Assembly (NCBI GenBank): GCA_002412065.1 | Contig: GG730049.1 | Location: forward strand, 1 to 62,191 | From: Candidatus Parvarchaeum acidiphilum ARMAN-4 | GTDB lineage: Archaea > Nanobdellota > Nanobdellia > Parvarchaeales > Parvarchaeaceae | Direction of reading: 5' to 3' | Length of the DNA stretch: 62,191 nucleotides | Shown: positions 10,159-20,043 of the stretch, in pieces | Numbering within the stretch: position 1 is the first letter of the stretch | How the letters are laid out: each line of letters opens with the position of its first letter | Program-made: the position numbers and the translations under genes | Notes under the pieces: generated by a model | Databases searched by the model: none | What the model saw: only the letters and a program-made list of their open reading frames with translations | Told to the model about the DNA's origin: nothing

Positions 10159-10481
10159 TTAGAATTTTCTGCTTCCTTTGAATAATAAGCTGCGTTTATA
10201 GCGCATTTATCCGAATCTTTGGTTATACTCAACATAGTAAGAGGAGGGGTCTTCTGATTATCACAATTTTCTCCGTCTATTTTTGTAGTATTAAATGTAA
10301 ATGATAAATCTTCGAATAAATCAGCTGCACTTTTATCAACACCTACTATTGTTGGTTTGGACGTATTAAGAATATCTTTTACTTCGCTCAAACTTTTTAC
10401 TCTATGGACTTGCACAGAGTCATTTATAACTACAGCTACTATAATCTTACCTTGGTTTACTGCTATTCCTGCTCTTGTCAT
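10155..10481 (-). CDS. Hypothetical protein
   Basis: ORF only; overlaps the 3' end of the upstream methyltransferase by 35 nt. Confidence 0.3.
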   Translation of the reverse strand: MTRAGIAVNQGKIIVAVVINDSVQVHRVKSLSEVKDILNTSKPTIVGVDKSAADLFEDLSFTFNTTKIDGENCDNQKTPPLTMLSITKDSDKCAINAAYYSKEAENSN

Positions 10482-11067
10482 ATATTTTAATAAGGATAAG
10501 CTCCTCGAAGAAAAAATTAACTGAAGACAACTTCTTAAAGCTAAGTTTTAAACGCTTTATCTCCTTATATACTTTATCTATGTCATAAATGGTGGAGAGT
10601 ATAATAAAGGCTTCTCCATTACGCTTCAAGTGTTTTGTAAGAGAACTTATTATCTTTAATGTAATTTCATTACCGGTCTCTCCCCCAGATAATGCATACC
10701 CTATCCAGCCTTTTTCCATTTTTTTAGGAAGGTAAGGTGGATTTGCATATATAATATCAAATTTTCTTTTATCAAGAGCATAAAATAAATCAGAGTTTAT
10801 GCATTCAAAGTTACTTATCCCGTTTTTTCTTGCATTATATTCTATTGCTTTTATAGCTTTTGGATTTATGTCAACGAATGGTACTGTATTCGCTAATCGC
10901 GCTGCATTTAGACCTATTATCCCACTGCCAGCGCACATGTCAAGTACATCTCCGTGTGCATATTTTACAGCATTTAAAAGAAGGAAGCTGTCCTCCGCAG
11001 GCGGGTAAACTCCCTTTAACTCTTTTATATCTACCATATCGAAACACTTATTAACAATAAATACCAA
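10447..11067 (-). CDS. HemK/Mtq2-like N5-glutamine (release factor) methyltransferase
   Basis: SAM-binding motif LDMCAGSG and catalytic NPPY (IIYANPPYLP). Confidence 0.7.
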   Translation of the reverse strand: MVFIVNKCFDMVDIKELKGVYPPAEDSFLLLNAVKYAHGDVLDMCAGSGIIGLNAARLANTVPFVDINPKAIKAIEYNARKNGISNFECINSDLFYALDKRKFDIIYANPPYLPKKMEKGWIGYALSGGETGNEITLKIISSLTKHLKRNGEAFIILSTIYDIDKVYKEIKRLKLSFKKLSSVNFFFEELILIKIYDKSRNSSKPR

Positions 11068-11072
11068 ATTAA

Positions 11073-11555
11073 ATGATAAATATGAAAGGACTTAGAAACT
11101 ATTTATTGCTTGCTTTGTTAATAGTATTTTTAATAGGGTTTATAGCTGCAGGTAAAACCTCTCCGGCTTACAAGGCACCGGTAACGCAGGCTGTAAACTG
11201 TGGTTCAGCAAATCTCAACTTCGTTTATTCCACTAATACAAACGTAAAGGCACCAGAAGGCACTAACACTTTCTTTAACATATATGTTAACAACACTGGA
11301 AATGTAACTGAAGATATAGGTTTGACCGTAACTCCTTCTGCGAACGCACCTTTCTTCGTCAAAGTCGCAAATTCGACGGAACTTAACATAAGCAAAGAAG
11401 TGTTTACAAGTTTCGGCGTCTATTCACCGTCAAAGCTTGGAAATTATTCCGTCGTTGCAAACCTATCTGCAAGCTATCTCAATTGCGTAAATTATAAGAT
11501 TATACCTATAAATGTTATAGTAGTAAATTCTACATCAGTAAATTCTACAAGTTAA
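11073..11555 (+). CDS. Secreted/anchored protein with CARDB-like beta domain, many N-glycosylation sequons
   Basis: N-terminal hydrophobic signal/anchor; FNIYVNNTGNVTEDIGLTV pattern; numerous NxS/T sites. Confidence 0.4.
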   Translation: MINMKGLRNYLLLALLIVFLIGFIAAGKTSPAYKAPVTQAVNCGSANLNFVYSTNTNVKAPEGTNTFFNIYVNNTGNVTEDIGLTVTPSANAPFFVKVANSTELNISKEVFTSFGVYSPSKLGNYSVVANLSASYLNCVNYKIIPINVIVVNSTSVNSTS

Positions 11556-11890
11556 TGGAAAATCAGGTAATAAAGGATACCGAAATTAAGGAGATAAAAG
11601 AAGACAGTGTAAGAATCAGGTTTGTTGGAAAAATACTTTCGTATGATGATAAAACAGGTATGTTTGAAGTAGAAGATGGCGGTCAGAGGATCACTTGCCT
11701 TCCAAATTATCAGGAAAATATAAAGTTAGAGCCTTCAGAGCTCGTTCTCGTTACTGGAAAAAGCATTGCTGCTGATTCAGCTTTTGAGGTTAGGGCAGAT
11801 AAAGCAGAAAATATAAATATAAATGATTACAACAATTATAAAAAGTATTTAATAACAAGAAATAATATATTACATAGTAATGGAAGCTGA
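11555..11890 (+). CDS. Small OB-fold-like protein (possible RPA small-subunit-like)
   Basis: Beta-rich VRIRFVGKILSYDD...FEVEDGGQRITC...LVLVTGK pattern; adjacent to PCNA. Weak assignment. Confidence 0.3.
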   Translation: MENQVIKDTEIKEIKEDSVRIRFVGKILSYDDKTGMFEVEDGGQRITCLPNYQENIKLEPSELVLVTGKSIAADSAFEVRADKAENININDYNNYKKYLITRNNILHSNGS

Positions 11891-12620
11891 ATTTAAGGAT
11901 GTAGATGTTTTTAAGAAAATGATGGATGCAATAGGAAGTTTAATGTCCGATGTTTCTATAGATTTTAATGAAGAAGGTTTCGCAATTAAAGCAATGGATC
12001 CTGCAAATATCGCAATGGTGCTATTTGAAGCAAAAAAATCCATTTTTTCTAATTTTAATATAGAAAAGCCGGTAAAAATATCTGTTTCTCTTGACGATTT
12101 GAATGGTATATTAAAGCTAGTTAAAAAAGAAGACAAGCTAAAGTTATCAGATTCTAAGAGTAAACTTGTGCTAGACATAAATGGAAGAAATAAGCAACAC
12201 TTCACAATACCATTAATAGATGAAAATTATACAGCTCAAAAAATACCTCAATTAAAGTTTGCATCCGAGGTTACTATCCTTGGTTCGCTTATAAAAGACT
12301 CAGTAAAGGCAGCTTCGCTTGTAGACGATTCTATATACTTTACTGTTGATAGGCCAAGATTCATAATAAGTTCAAAAAGCGATGAAAAAGAATTCTCACA
12401 GGAATTATCAATAAATGATAATAAAGAGATTTTTGATTTAAAATCGGATTCTACTACTAGGTCAAAATACTCTATAGAATATCTTACAAAATTTTTGTAT
12501 GTTGTAGACACAGAGAAACCTATAAAAATGTCATTTTCTAACAATTATCCTCTAAAGGTCGACTATGAGCTTAATTCTGATGCAGTTATGTCATTTATAC
12601 TGGCAAATAGGCTAGAGTAA
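11880..12620 (+). CDS. pcn: DNA polymerase sliding clamp (PCNA)
   Basis: 246 aa; N-terminal FKKMMDAIGSLMSDVSIDFNEEGFAIKAMDPANIAMV pattern typical of archaeal PCNA. Confidence 0.85.
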   Translation: MEAEFKDVDVFKKMMDAIGSLMSDVSIDFNEEGFAIKAMDPANIAMVLFEAKKSIFSNFNIEKPVKISVSLDDLNGILKLVKKEDKLKLSDSKSKLVLDINGRNKQHFTIPLIDENYTAQKIPQLKFASEVTILGSLIKDSVKAASLVDDSIYFTVDRPRFIISSKSDEKEFSQELSINDNKEIFDLKSDSTTRSKYSIEYLTKFLYVVDTEKPIKMSFSNNYPLKVDYELNSDAVMSFILANRLE

Positions 12621-13022
12621 TTAAAAAACGAATAATTCATCTTCGTATAAGTCTATACTTCTTAGCAGTACTGGCAATGAAGAGATGTCAACCGCAAGTA
12701 CTTTGTCTTCTCCAGGTTTATGCATTAATAAAGAATTTGTTTTGTTCTTTGTAACAAGGAGTACTACCTCTTTTATGTTATCTTTCTTTTCTTTATCTAT
12801 AAAATTATAAGCCCGGTTTAGTTGTTTTTTTATGAATTCTCTTTCTTTTTCAGGGGGGATATAAGCATGGTTTTTGCAGTCTACAAAGAATCTACGTTGT
12901 TTGTCATAAGCTATAAAATCTATTTGGGACCTTCTGCTTGTTTTAAATCTAACATCTCTTCTAAGCGTATAGTCCAATTTCTCCAAAGATGTCTGCCGGG
13001 TCCTTTTCGAAACTGTTTCCAT
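12621..13022 (-). CDS. PD-(D/E)xK nuclease-like protein (Hjc/restriction-endonuclease fold candidate)
   Basis: IDFIAYD...FFVDCKNH resembles a D...(D/E)xK catalytic core. Weak assignment. Confidence 0.3.
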   Translation of the reverse strand: METVSKRTRQTSLEKLDYTLRRDVRFKTSRRSQIDFIAYDKQRRFFVDCKNHAYIPPEKEREFIKKQLNRAYNFIDKEKKDNIKEVVLLVTKNKTNSLLMHKPGEDKVLAVDISSLPVLLRSIDLYEDELFVF

Positions 13023-13098
13023 TGATTGTCTTCTTTTTTAAATTCAGCGTGGAAATACATAAAATATATAAAAGAAGCATATTAATAAATGGTATCAA

Positions 13099-13169
13099 GC
13101 ATCGGTAGTCCAGTGGTAAGACACTACCCTGCCACGGTGGAGACCCGGGTTCGAATCCCGGCCGATGCA
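13099..13169 (+). tRNA. tRNA-Gly (anticodon GCC)
   Basis: Acceptor GCATCGG/CCGATGC; anticodon stem CTACC/GGTGG with loop CTGCCAC; T-arm CCGGG-TTCGAAT-CCCGG. Confidence 0.9.
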
Positions 13170-13487
13170 TTACTTTTTTTTCTTTAATGCAAACTTTATA
13201 TAAAACCAGCTTTCTAGGTTTTTTACCGGTCTGATTATAGAGCCGCCTCCAAGCAAAGAAAGCATTAATAATAGAATACAAGCGGCTGTCAAAACAAATA
13301 TTAATGGTGGTAATATATCAATATAACCTAAAATTAAAGAAATTATTATAGTTATTAAAAATCCTACTTCTTTTCTATAAAAATAAGTTATCCCAACACC
13401 AGCCACAATTAGTCCGAAAAAAAGGTAGCCTAGATAAGGGTTTGTTTGTATTACCGAGGTTATCATTAGATACAATATGTTTGTCAT
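13170..13487 (-). CDS. Small integral membrane protein
   Basis: Three hydrophobic segments in the ORF translation; no family recognised. Confidence 0.35.
   Translation of the reverse strand: MTNILYLMITSVIQTNPYLGYLFFGLIVAGVGITYFYRKEVGFLITIIISLILGYIDILPPLIFVLTAACILLLMLSLLGGGSIIRPVKNLESWFYIKFALKKKK
13174..13181 (+). terminator. Oligo-T tract immediately after tRNA-Gly (archaeal-type terminator candidate)
   Basis: Eight consecutive T residues starting 5 nt after the tRNA 3' end. Confidence 0.4.
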
Positions 13488-13912
13488 AATAATTTTAGTT
13501 TAGAGGTTATTTTATTTATTTCATCGACATAATAAGGGCCTATCCCTATAGCAGTTTCAGTACCGGGAGGGACCTGTGTCTGTCCTGCGTCTTTTACAAC
13601 TTGGAAAGGTATTCTGCTTCTTTTTAATGAGTTTTTCAAATCTTCAAATTCCTCTATTTTATTTACCTTAAGCACTATCTTAGTTTCTCCTCTTTCTAAC
13701 CATTCCTTAGCAATTTCCGGGTAAGCTTTTTCAGTGTGTATAAAGCTCATAAGGCTTGCGTGAGATCCTTGTGCAACGAGCTTTCCTGTTCCCATACCTA
13801 GATCCTTTCTAAGTATTATCATCTGTTTTATCTCTTTTTCTTTAGTTCTTTGCCTTGTTTTTATGCTCCTTATACCCATATTATCACCTGTTTTATCTCT
13901 TTTATCATACAT
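13484..13912 (-). CDS. pth2: Peptidyl-tRNA hydrolase, archaeal type (Pth2)
   Basis: MIILRKDLGMGTGKLVAQGSHASL...KIVLKV...VVKDAGQTQVPPGTETAIGIGP matches Pth2. The true start may be an internal Met. Confidence 0.8.
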   Translation of the reverse strand: MYDKRDKTGDNMGIRSIKTRQRTKEKEIKQMIILRKDLGMGTGKLVAQGSHASLMSFIHTEKAYPEIAKEWLERGETKIVLKVNKIEEFEDLKNSLKRSRIPFQVVKDAGQTQVPPGTETAIGIGPYYVDEINKITSKLKLL

Positions 13913-13960
13913 TATTTATAACAGAAACATATAAATATGAATCTAATAATAAACTAACAA

Positions 13961-14146
13961 ATGGCAGAGGAATTAGTTGAGCAGGAAAAGAATTTCTGTA
14001 TATCTTGTGAACGAGATATTTCAATAATAGACAATTCAGTAATTTTTAATTGCCCTAGCTGTGGCACAAAAATCTCTAGATGCGGGAAATGCCGTGGTAG
14101 GGGAGTTAACTACACATGCAAAGTGTGTGGATTTGTGGGGCCTTAA
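13961..14146 (+). CDS. Zn-ribbon protein (COG2888-like) preceding aEF-1beta
   Basis: Cysteine pairs CISC, CPSC, CGKC and CKVC; conserved position upstream of the aEF-1beta gene in archaea. Confidence 0.6.
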   Translation: MAEELVEQEKNFCISCERDISIIDNSVIFNCPSCGTKISRCGKCRGRGVNYTCKVCGFVGP

Positions 14147-14147
14147 T

Positions 14148-14417
14148 ATGGGAAAAGTAGTAATAAAAATAAAGGCGCTTCCAAAGGATACTTCATCAGA
14201 TGTAGATAAAACTGTAAGTGAAATAAAATCCTTCTTATCAAAATATGGTTCAGTATACAAAGTAGAAGTTCAGCCACTTGCGTTTGGTTTAACTGTTATA
14301 ATGATTACTTTAGTAGCAGATGAAGAAGAAGGAACTTCTAAGATAGAAGAGGCCTTTTCTTCATTTAAAGAGGCAAGCCTAAGCATATCAGAAGTAAGCA
14401 GGGCGCCAGATTTCTAA
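14148..14417 (+). CDS. ef1b: Translation elongation factor aEF-1 beta
   Basis: 89 aa from the internal ATG at 14148 (MGKVVIKIKALPKD...VQPLAFGL...), which starts 2 nt after the Zn-ribbon stop. Confidence 0.75.
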   Translation: MGKVVIKIKALPKDTSSDVDKTVSEIKSFLSKYGSVYKVEVQPLAFGLTVIMITLVADEEEGTSKIEEAFSSFKEASLSISEVSRAPDF

Positions 14418-15476
14418 TTAAGTTAGATATTTAGCTTCTTCAAGAAAGAGCTTCTTAAATTTGTCTTTGTCTTTGTAATCTATAGACCCACCGGATGCTT
14501 TATCATGCCCTCCACCTTCTCCTTTAATTTTTTTGAAGATGTTGTTTAGCATGTTTGGAAGCATTATCTCAACGCCGTTTGCTCTTAAATTTAATCTTAT
14601 AGTTCTTGCGTTTATCTTAGTCATAAACACAAGAACATTTCCGTAGTACTTCTTGTCGAAGCTTAGCTCTGTAACTAATGTAGACGAATATCTCTTTTTT
14701 TTCGGGTCTAACTCATAAAAATAGACCTTCCCAAATTTTTCAGCTTTATCTTTAAAATCTTTTTTAAGTTTTTCAAGATTATATCTTACTTTTTTATCTG
14801 CAAATTCTAGTTCTTGATTGCTTAGTACGTCAGAAATAGAAGAGCTTTTCATAATTATACCTAAAGCTTCATCCGCGCCTTCCCTGTTATATACGGTAGT
14901 CATAGAACCTATCATACTTGCGGCCTTACCGAAATCATTATCATACATAAACTCATCAGTTCCAATCTTTATGTTATACTTTTCAGCAGTTTCTCTCACA
15001 AATTTAGAATTTTCTTTTCCTCCTGAGTCTCCAACTAGCCCTATTGCAGATTCCCAGTCTAATTCACTTATCTCTTGGTTGAATATGTTGTATACTACTA
15101 ATGAACAAGGAGTGTATGTATTATCCCCCCAAATTTTAGGATTTGCATATGCAGAGATATCTGCGTTTATTATCTGATGATGATCAATTATGCATAGATT
15201 TTTGTCTTTGAATAATTCCAACTGCGTTTCTCTTATCTGCATATCGCAAATTATAATGTTCTTGCTGTATTCCTGCATATCCATCTTTTCATAGTCTTCA
15301 TAGTTTGTTGGTCTATAATAATAAACTCCTTTATTGAGTTTTTTAAGAGCAGCTGTAAGCAAAGCAGCGCTCACTATACCATCTGTGTCAAAGTGGTAAA
15401 AAACTGTGAAGTCGTTATTTTTTGATACAAAATCCCTTACGCTTTTAATGCTAGCTATCTTTTTATTTTCATCCAT
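14418..15476 (-). CDS. DHH/DHHA1 family phosphoesterase (RecJ/NrnA-like)
   Basis: HFDTDG, IIDHHQI (DHH) and GGGHDKASGG (DHHA1) motifs. Confidence 0.75.
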   Translation of the reverse strand: MDENKKIASIKSVRDFVSKNNDFTVFYHFDTDGIVSAALLTAALKKLNKGVYYYRPTNYEDYEKMDMQEYSKNIIICDMQIRETQLELFKDKNLCIIDHHQIINADISAYANPKIWGDNTYTPCSLVVYNIFNQEISELDWESAIGLVGDSGGKENSKFVRETAEKYNIKIGTDEFMYDNDFGKAASMIGSMTTVYNREGADEALGIIMKSSSISDVLSNQELEFADKKVRYNLEKLKKDFKDKAEKFGKVYFYELDPKKKRYSSTLVTELSFDKKYYGNVLVFMTKINARTIRLNLRANGVEIMLPNMLNNIFKKIKGEGGGHDKASGGSIDYKDKDKFKKLFLEEAKYLT

Positions 15477-15519
15477 AATTATATCTACAATTTATACTGA
15501 TAATATTTATATATCTAAT

Positions 15520-17703
15520 TTAATTAAGCTTTTTGAATAAGCCATCCAATACCCTATACAATCTTGATCCACCAGAAGCATCTATCTCATCTTTTATAGT
15601 TTGCAATGGTATCAGTCTATACTTTATGTATGAAGTTCCTATAGTGTTATCCGTAGGCAAGTAAATCTGACTTATTCCTTTTGTATAATTAGGTTTGTGT
15701 ATTATATATTTTTCAAAGTACGTCTCTCCCTCCAGTGCCGGGGCAGTAATTGTAGCAAGGGTCTTCCATTCACCATTTTTACTCTTTAAAGCGAATTTTA
15801 TTCCAGGTTCATGACAATCTCCTGCCATTCCTATGTCTAAGAGATCTGATCCAGTATTTTTTATTGTAGTCATAAGTGATGTTCTTGCATCCGCACCTCC
15901 TCTATAACCTGCGCTGTGCATCATCAATAAACCATAATCACCTAGATAGGGGGTTTCTCCTCTTATAAGATAATCATCTACGTAAACTACTTCTTTTGTA
16001 CCACTATCCTCTAGTATCGATCCTATTAATTTGCCTTCGCTGCCATTCCCAGTTGCTCTTTCAACATGGTTTCCTCCTACAGCGTATGCTTTATCAAAAA
16101 GAGGTGCTAATGAGCTTAAGTAATAATTAAGTCTTTTTTCTTGTTCTCCTAAGTCAATGTCTGAGTGGCCATAAACCATTTTATGGAATTCTGACATCAA
16201 ATCCCTTTTTGCATGATCTTTATCCTCATCATTTAATATATCCTCAAGTTTTCCTAAAAATTCTTCTGAACTTGGCGCTCTTGGTAATGACATTTTAGTT
16301 CGTTGTGCTTTATCATTTCCGCCATCCAACATATCTCCTCCTATGAACAAAGACCTTTTTTCTTTAGGAACGTCGCTTCTATTCAGTATTTTAGGGACTT
16401 CTTCCATTGCTTCGTAATCAGATGCGGCATTTCCAACATGCCAATCTGTTATTTGATCGATTTCGTAAAGTGATCCGTTTGGTTTTTCTTTATTTAATTT
16501 AGAAGGGTTTATCCTTCTTTTAATACCGCTTATATCTATGTGTTCTATATCTACACTGCCATCTTTATAAACTGATAAAAAAGAGATTCCACTATCTTCA
16601 AATTGTGATAGTCTTTTAGATACATCAGTTTTATTTAGACTTGCTCTTAGTTTAAATTGTCTGTCTATATCCATTAAAGGGCCTTGATTAAATATAAGTA
16701 CTGGCTCTTTTCTACTTTGGTAGTTCAATGCTGTAAACTCTGTTGCAGACCCTCTACCGGTTATATAAATGTCCGCAAGTCTTCCGTATTGTGCATCCAA
16801 ATTGGCGTAATCCACTATCATATTTATAGTTCTATCACTTGGTTTACCCTCATTTAATCCGGCAGTAAGTGCATTTATTGCGTGAAATACCTTTACTTTT
16901 AGACCATTTATTACTATTTCTGCATCAGGTTCAATGCTATCTTTCTCTCCAATCAAATTTTCAAATTTTTTGTAGACTTTTATGTTATCTGAGTTTTTAC
17001 CCGGGTTTAATACCACGTTTATAAGGTGGGAGTAGATATCATTGGCTTTATCTTTTATTCCCTTTTTATCAGAGGTTTTCCATTTAGATGCCTTAAATTT
17101 ATAGCTTTCTGGTATTATTGACATTATTCTTTCTATCTCATCAGGCATCTTATCCTCAAGTTTGTTTTGTTTTTTGTTTTTCTTTATCTCTTTAGCTCTT
17201 TCTTCTTCCTTGTTGTTTCTCCTGCTAAGTCTTTCCAATGCCTCTATTATCATTTTTACATTTTTGTAGTCTGTTACTCCATAAATATAATAGATAGGAA
17301 TGCCTTTTTTCTTAGCTTCATAAGTAATATTCTCCATCTGTATTTTTGCAAGTCTTGCAGCTTCCGTTAAATCGTCAACCGAATTAGAGTCATTTTTATC
17401 AAGTTTTACCTTATTATATACTTCTTCTCCGTATCTTTCCTTTAAACTGTCTTCAACTAAATCTAATCTTTCTCCCCTCAATCTGCTATATTGATCAGGG
17501 ATAAAGGCTAAGCCTCCGTTTATAATTATGCCATCAATTTTGCCTTCATAATCTTTTATCATCTCTCCCAAATTATCTAAAACTTTTTTATCGCTTAATT
17601 TTGTTGATAGTTCTAACTCTGAAATAACAAGAGATCTTAATCTTAATTTAGAATCAGAATTATCATCTGTTTTTATTATATCCTCAAGCATTCGATTTCC
17701 CAT
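15520..17703 (-). CDS. Large calcineurin-like metallophosphoesterase-domain protein (727 aa)
   Basis: C-terminal half has ITDWHVGN, GGDMLDGGN and GGNHVE motifs. The N-terminal half looks like a degenerate second copy. Confidence 0.5.
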   Translation of the reverse strand: MGNRMLEDIIKTDDNSDSKLRLRSLVISELELSTKLSDKKVLDNLGEMIKDYEGKIDGIIINGGLAFIPDQYSRLRGERLDLVEDSLKERYGEEVYNKVKLDKNDSNSVDDLTEAARLAKIQMENITYEAKKKGIPIYYIYGVTDYKNVKMIIEALERLSRRNNKEEERAKEIKKNKKQNKLEDKMPDEIERIMSIIPESYKFKASKWKTSDKKGIKDKANDIYSHLINVVLNPGKNSDNIKVYKKFENLIGEKDSIEPDAEIVINGLKVKVFHAINALTAGLNEGKPSDRTINMIVDYANLDAQYGRLADIYITGRGSATEFTALNYQSRKEPVLIFNQGPLMDIDRQFKLRASLNKTDVSKRLSQFEDSGISFLSVYKDGSVDIEHIDISGIKRRINPSKLNKEKPNGSLYEIDQITDWHVGNAASDYEAMEEVPKILNRSDVPKEKRSLFIGGDMLDGGNDKAQRTKMSLPRAPSSEEFLGKLEDILNDEDKDHAKRDLMSEFHKMVYGHSDIDLGEQEKRLNYYLSSLAPLFDKAYAVGGNHVERATGNGSEGKLIGSILEDSGTKEVVYVDDYLIRGETPYLGDYGLLMMHSAGYRGGADARTSLMTTIKNTGSDLLDIGMAGDCHEPGIKFALKSKNGEWKTLATITAPALEGETYFEKYIIHKPNYTKGISQIYLPTDNTIGTSYIKYRLIPLQTIKDEIDASGGSRLYRVLDGLFKKLN

Positions 17704-17773
17704 AATAATACCCCCTTAATAATACGGGTATTTTTTCTTTTATAAAGTGAAGTTGAGTATTACTATAGTATTA

Positions 17774-19066
17774 CTAAATCTCACTAAAATTAGTGTATTT
17801 CCTAAGAACCTCTGGAACTAGTATTGTTCCATCTTTCTGTTGGTATGTATCCATTATAGCAATCATAGTTCTTTGCATCGGTAACCCAGTTCCATCTAAG
17901 GTGTAAACATAATCTTTATTTCCCTTTTTATCTATATATTTTATATTTAATCTTCTAGATATCCAATCTGTTGTATTATCAAATGATCCAACTTCTCTAT
18001 ATTTTTCTTGAGAATAACGGTAAGCTTCGATATCATATTGTTTTATATCCCTAATTCCCATATCTCCTGTTGAGCAACTTACTACTCTATAAGGTATTTT
18101 TAACTCTTTCCAGATTTCTTCTATATTAGCTAACATTTCTTCGTGAAATTTTTGTGAATCTTCAGGTTTGCAAAGGACTATCTGTTCGGTTTGATCAAAT
18201 TGGTGAAGTCTAAAAATACCTTTAGTATCCTTACCATGAGCCCCTGCTTCTTTTCTAAAGGCAGGACTTATACCAACTAATTTTATTGGAAGTTCCTCTT
18301 CAGGTATATTTGAATTAGAATATTGCGCTATTAATGGATGTTCTGTGGTTGATATAAGAAAACGCTCTTCCTCTCCTTCTTCTTCTATGCCAGTTACTTT
18401 ATACAGTGCGTCTTCAAACGTGGCCATATGCGCTATTCCACCATAAATATCGCGTATTATCATAAATGGTGGCATAAGGGGGAGGTACCCTTTTGAAGCT
18501 ATCTTTTCTATCGAATACATCTCTAAAGCAAGTTCCAACTGTACAAGTTTGCCTTTTATAAACACAAATCTGCTACCAGTAATCTTCGCAGCATTTTCAA
18601 TATCTAAAAGTCTTCTTTCTAACCCCAAGTCTATATGGCTTTTTGTTACAAAGTCTCTTTTCTCAATTTTTCCGTAATTTCTTATTTCTACATTGTCATT
18701 ATCGTCTTTTCCTTCCGGTGCTTCTGGGCTAACAATATTTGGTAGCCATAAGAATAAATTTTTAGCTTCTTCTTCGTATTTTGTTATTTCGTCTTCTAAA
18801 GTTTTTATCTGCTGCATTATTTCTCTTACAGTTTTTCTTTCTTCATCTTTTGTTTGATTGTCTTCTTTATTCTCTGCAAATTCTTTGCTTATTACATTTC
18901 TTTTGTGCCTAAGCTCATCAACATCGCTTCTATTCTTCTTTATAATCTCATTTAACTCAATTAATCTCTCAACAGGCTTCTCGACAGGTGGATTTAGGAA
19001 TCTCTTTTTAATTGAAGACAGAAGCTCTTCTTTGTGGTCTCTCACATAATTTAAATCATAATTCAT
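17774..19066 (-). CDS. serS: Serine--tRNA ligase
   Basis: N-terminal coiled-coil arm plus class II core (FRKEAGAHGKDTKGIFRLHQFDQTEQ, LDGTGLPMQRTMIAIMD). Confidence 0.9.
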   Translation of the reverse strand: MNYDLNYVRDHKEELLSSIKKRFLNPPVEKPVERLIELNEIIKKNRSDVDELRHKRNVISKEFAENKEDNQTKDEERKTVREIMQQIKTLEDEITKYEEEAKNLFLWLPNIVSPEAPEGKDDNDNVEIRNYGKIEKRDFVTKSHIDLGLERRLLDIENAAKITGSRFVFIKGKLVQLELALEMYSIEKIASKGYLPLMPPFMIIRDIYGGIAHMATFEDALYKVTGIEEEGEEERFLISTTEHPLIAQYSNSNIPEEELPIKLVGISPAFRKEAGAHGKDTKGIFRLHQFDQTEQIVLCKPEDSQKFHEEMLANIEEIWKELKIPYRVVSCSTGDMGIRDIKQYDIEAYRYSQEKYREVGSFDNTTDWISRRLNIKYIDKKGNKDYVYTLDGTGLPMQRTMIAIMDTYQQKDGTILVPEVLRKYTNFSEI

Positions 19067-19151
19067 ATGAGAATATAATAATTTACGAATAAAAGCTTTT
19101 TTATCATTTTAAATAAGCTTTTATATTTTATGTGCAGTTGTTATTAATTAT

Positions 19152-19224
19152 GGGCCCGTGGTCCAGCGGTTATGACGTCTGCTTGACGTGCAGAAGACCA
19201 AGGGTTCGAATCCCTTCGGGCCCA
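19152..19224 (+). tRNA. tRNA-Val (anticodon GAC)
   Basis: Acceptor GGGCCCG/CGGGCCC; anticodon stem TCTGC/GCAGA with loop TTGACGT; T-arm AAGGG-TTCGAAT-CCCTT. Confidence 0.9.
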
Positions 19225-19282
19225 TTTTTATTTAATATCTATTTAGAGACAAATTTTGTATATACTGACAAAATAGTTTAGA

Positions 19283-19783
19283 CTATTCTAATTTTTTAAT
19301 TGATTCCATGCCTTTAAGTAAGTTTTTGTAATTATATCCAAATTCTTCTGCAAATGCACAAAGCTGAAAAAATGATTTTATGTCGCTAGTTTTTTCAGAT
19401 CCGGATGAATATAAACAGTTTACCCCATAATCGTTACATAGTTTTCCGTTTATAAGCAAATTCTTATAAACTTTAAACATATTTTCGCTTTTTTCAAGCG
19501 ATGAAAAACTGAAAATTACTGTAATTTTATTTTCTTTCAGCTTACTACATAAACCTTTATTCAAAAAAAATCCGTTTACTTCCAAATCGTAGACAAATCT
19601 GGCCTTGCCCTTCCTAATAACAAATTCATAATCTGCTCCAGAATAAGCCTTAAAATCTAGCTCTTTATTTTTTATTAGATTTTTTATTTTCTGTTCTTTT
19701 AATAAAAAAACACTGTCAAAGCCTAAATTTTTAAGTTTTTCTAGAATCTCTGTGGAGTTCTCTCTTACTACGTCGATTTTCAT
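19283..19783 (-). CDS. Possible RNase P protein component 3 (Rpp30-like)
   Basis: C-terminal LYSSGSEKTSDIKSFFQLCAFAEEFG resembles the Rpp30 SSGA...R.P.dl...lG region. Weak assignment. Confidence 0.35.
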   Translation of the reverse strand: MKIDVVRENSTEILEKLKNLGFDSVFLLKEQKIKNLIKNKELDFKAYSGADYEFVIRKGKARFVYDLEVNGFFLNKGLCSKLKENKITVIFSFSSLEKSENMFKVYKNLLINGKLCNDYGVNCLYSSGSEKTSDIKSFFQLCAFAEEFGYNYKNLLKGMESIKKLE

Positions 19784-19846
19784 AAATTATATTAATTTAG
19801 TGTTAAATAAAACTTTATATATAAGGAAATAGAAAGCTATAAGATT

Positions 19847-20035
19847 ATGGCAGAAAGATCAAATCCAGTTGCTGATAACAGATTGTTTTATAACGTGTAC
19901 GTATGCAGAAATTGCAATGCAAAAATACGTGTTTCAAGCCAAAAAGTTCTTAGAAGGAACGAAGTAAGGTGCAGAAACTGCGGTTCTTCAGCATTAAGGC
20001 CTAAACACAAAGAGTTAAGAAAGTTAAAGGTGTAA
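19847..20035 (+). CDS. rpl40e: 50S ribosomal protein L40e
   Basis: 62 aa with a CRNCNAK...CRNCGS zinc ribbon and basic C-terminus LRPKHKE. Confidence 0.8.
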   Translation: MAERSNPVADNRLFYNVYVCRNCNAKIRVSSQKVLRRNEVRCRNCGSSALRPKHKELRKLKV

Positions 20036-20043
20036 GTATTATA

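Noticed and set aside
12961-13281. ORF 12961..13281(-), 106 aa
   Set aside because: It runs antisense through tRNA-Gly (13099-13169) and overlaps neighbouring genes. The PGFEPGSPPW stretch is simply the translated tRNA complement.
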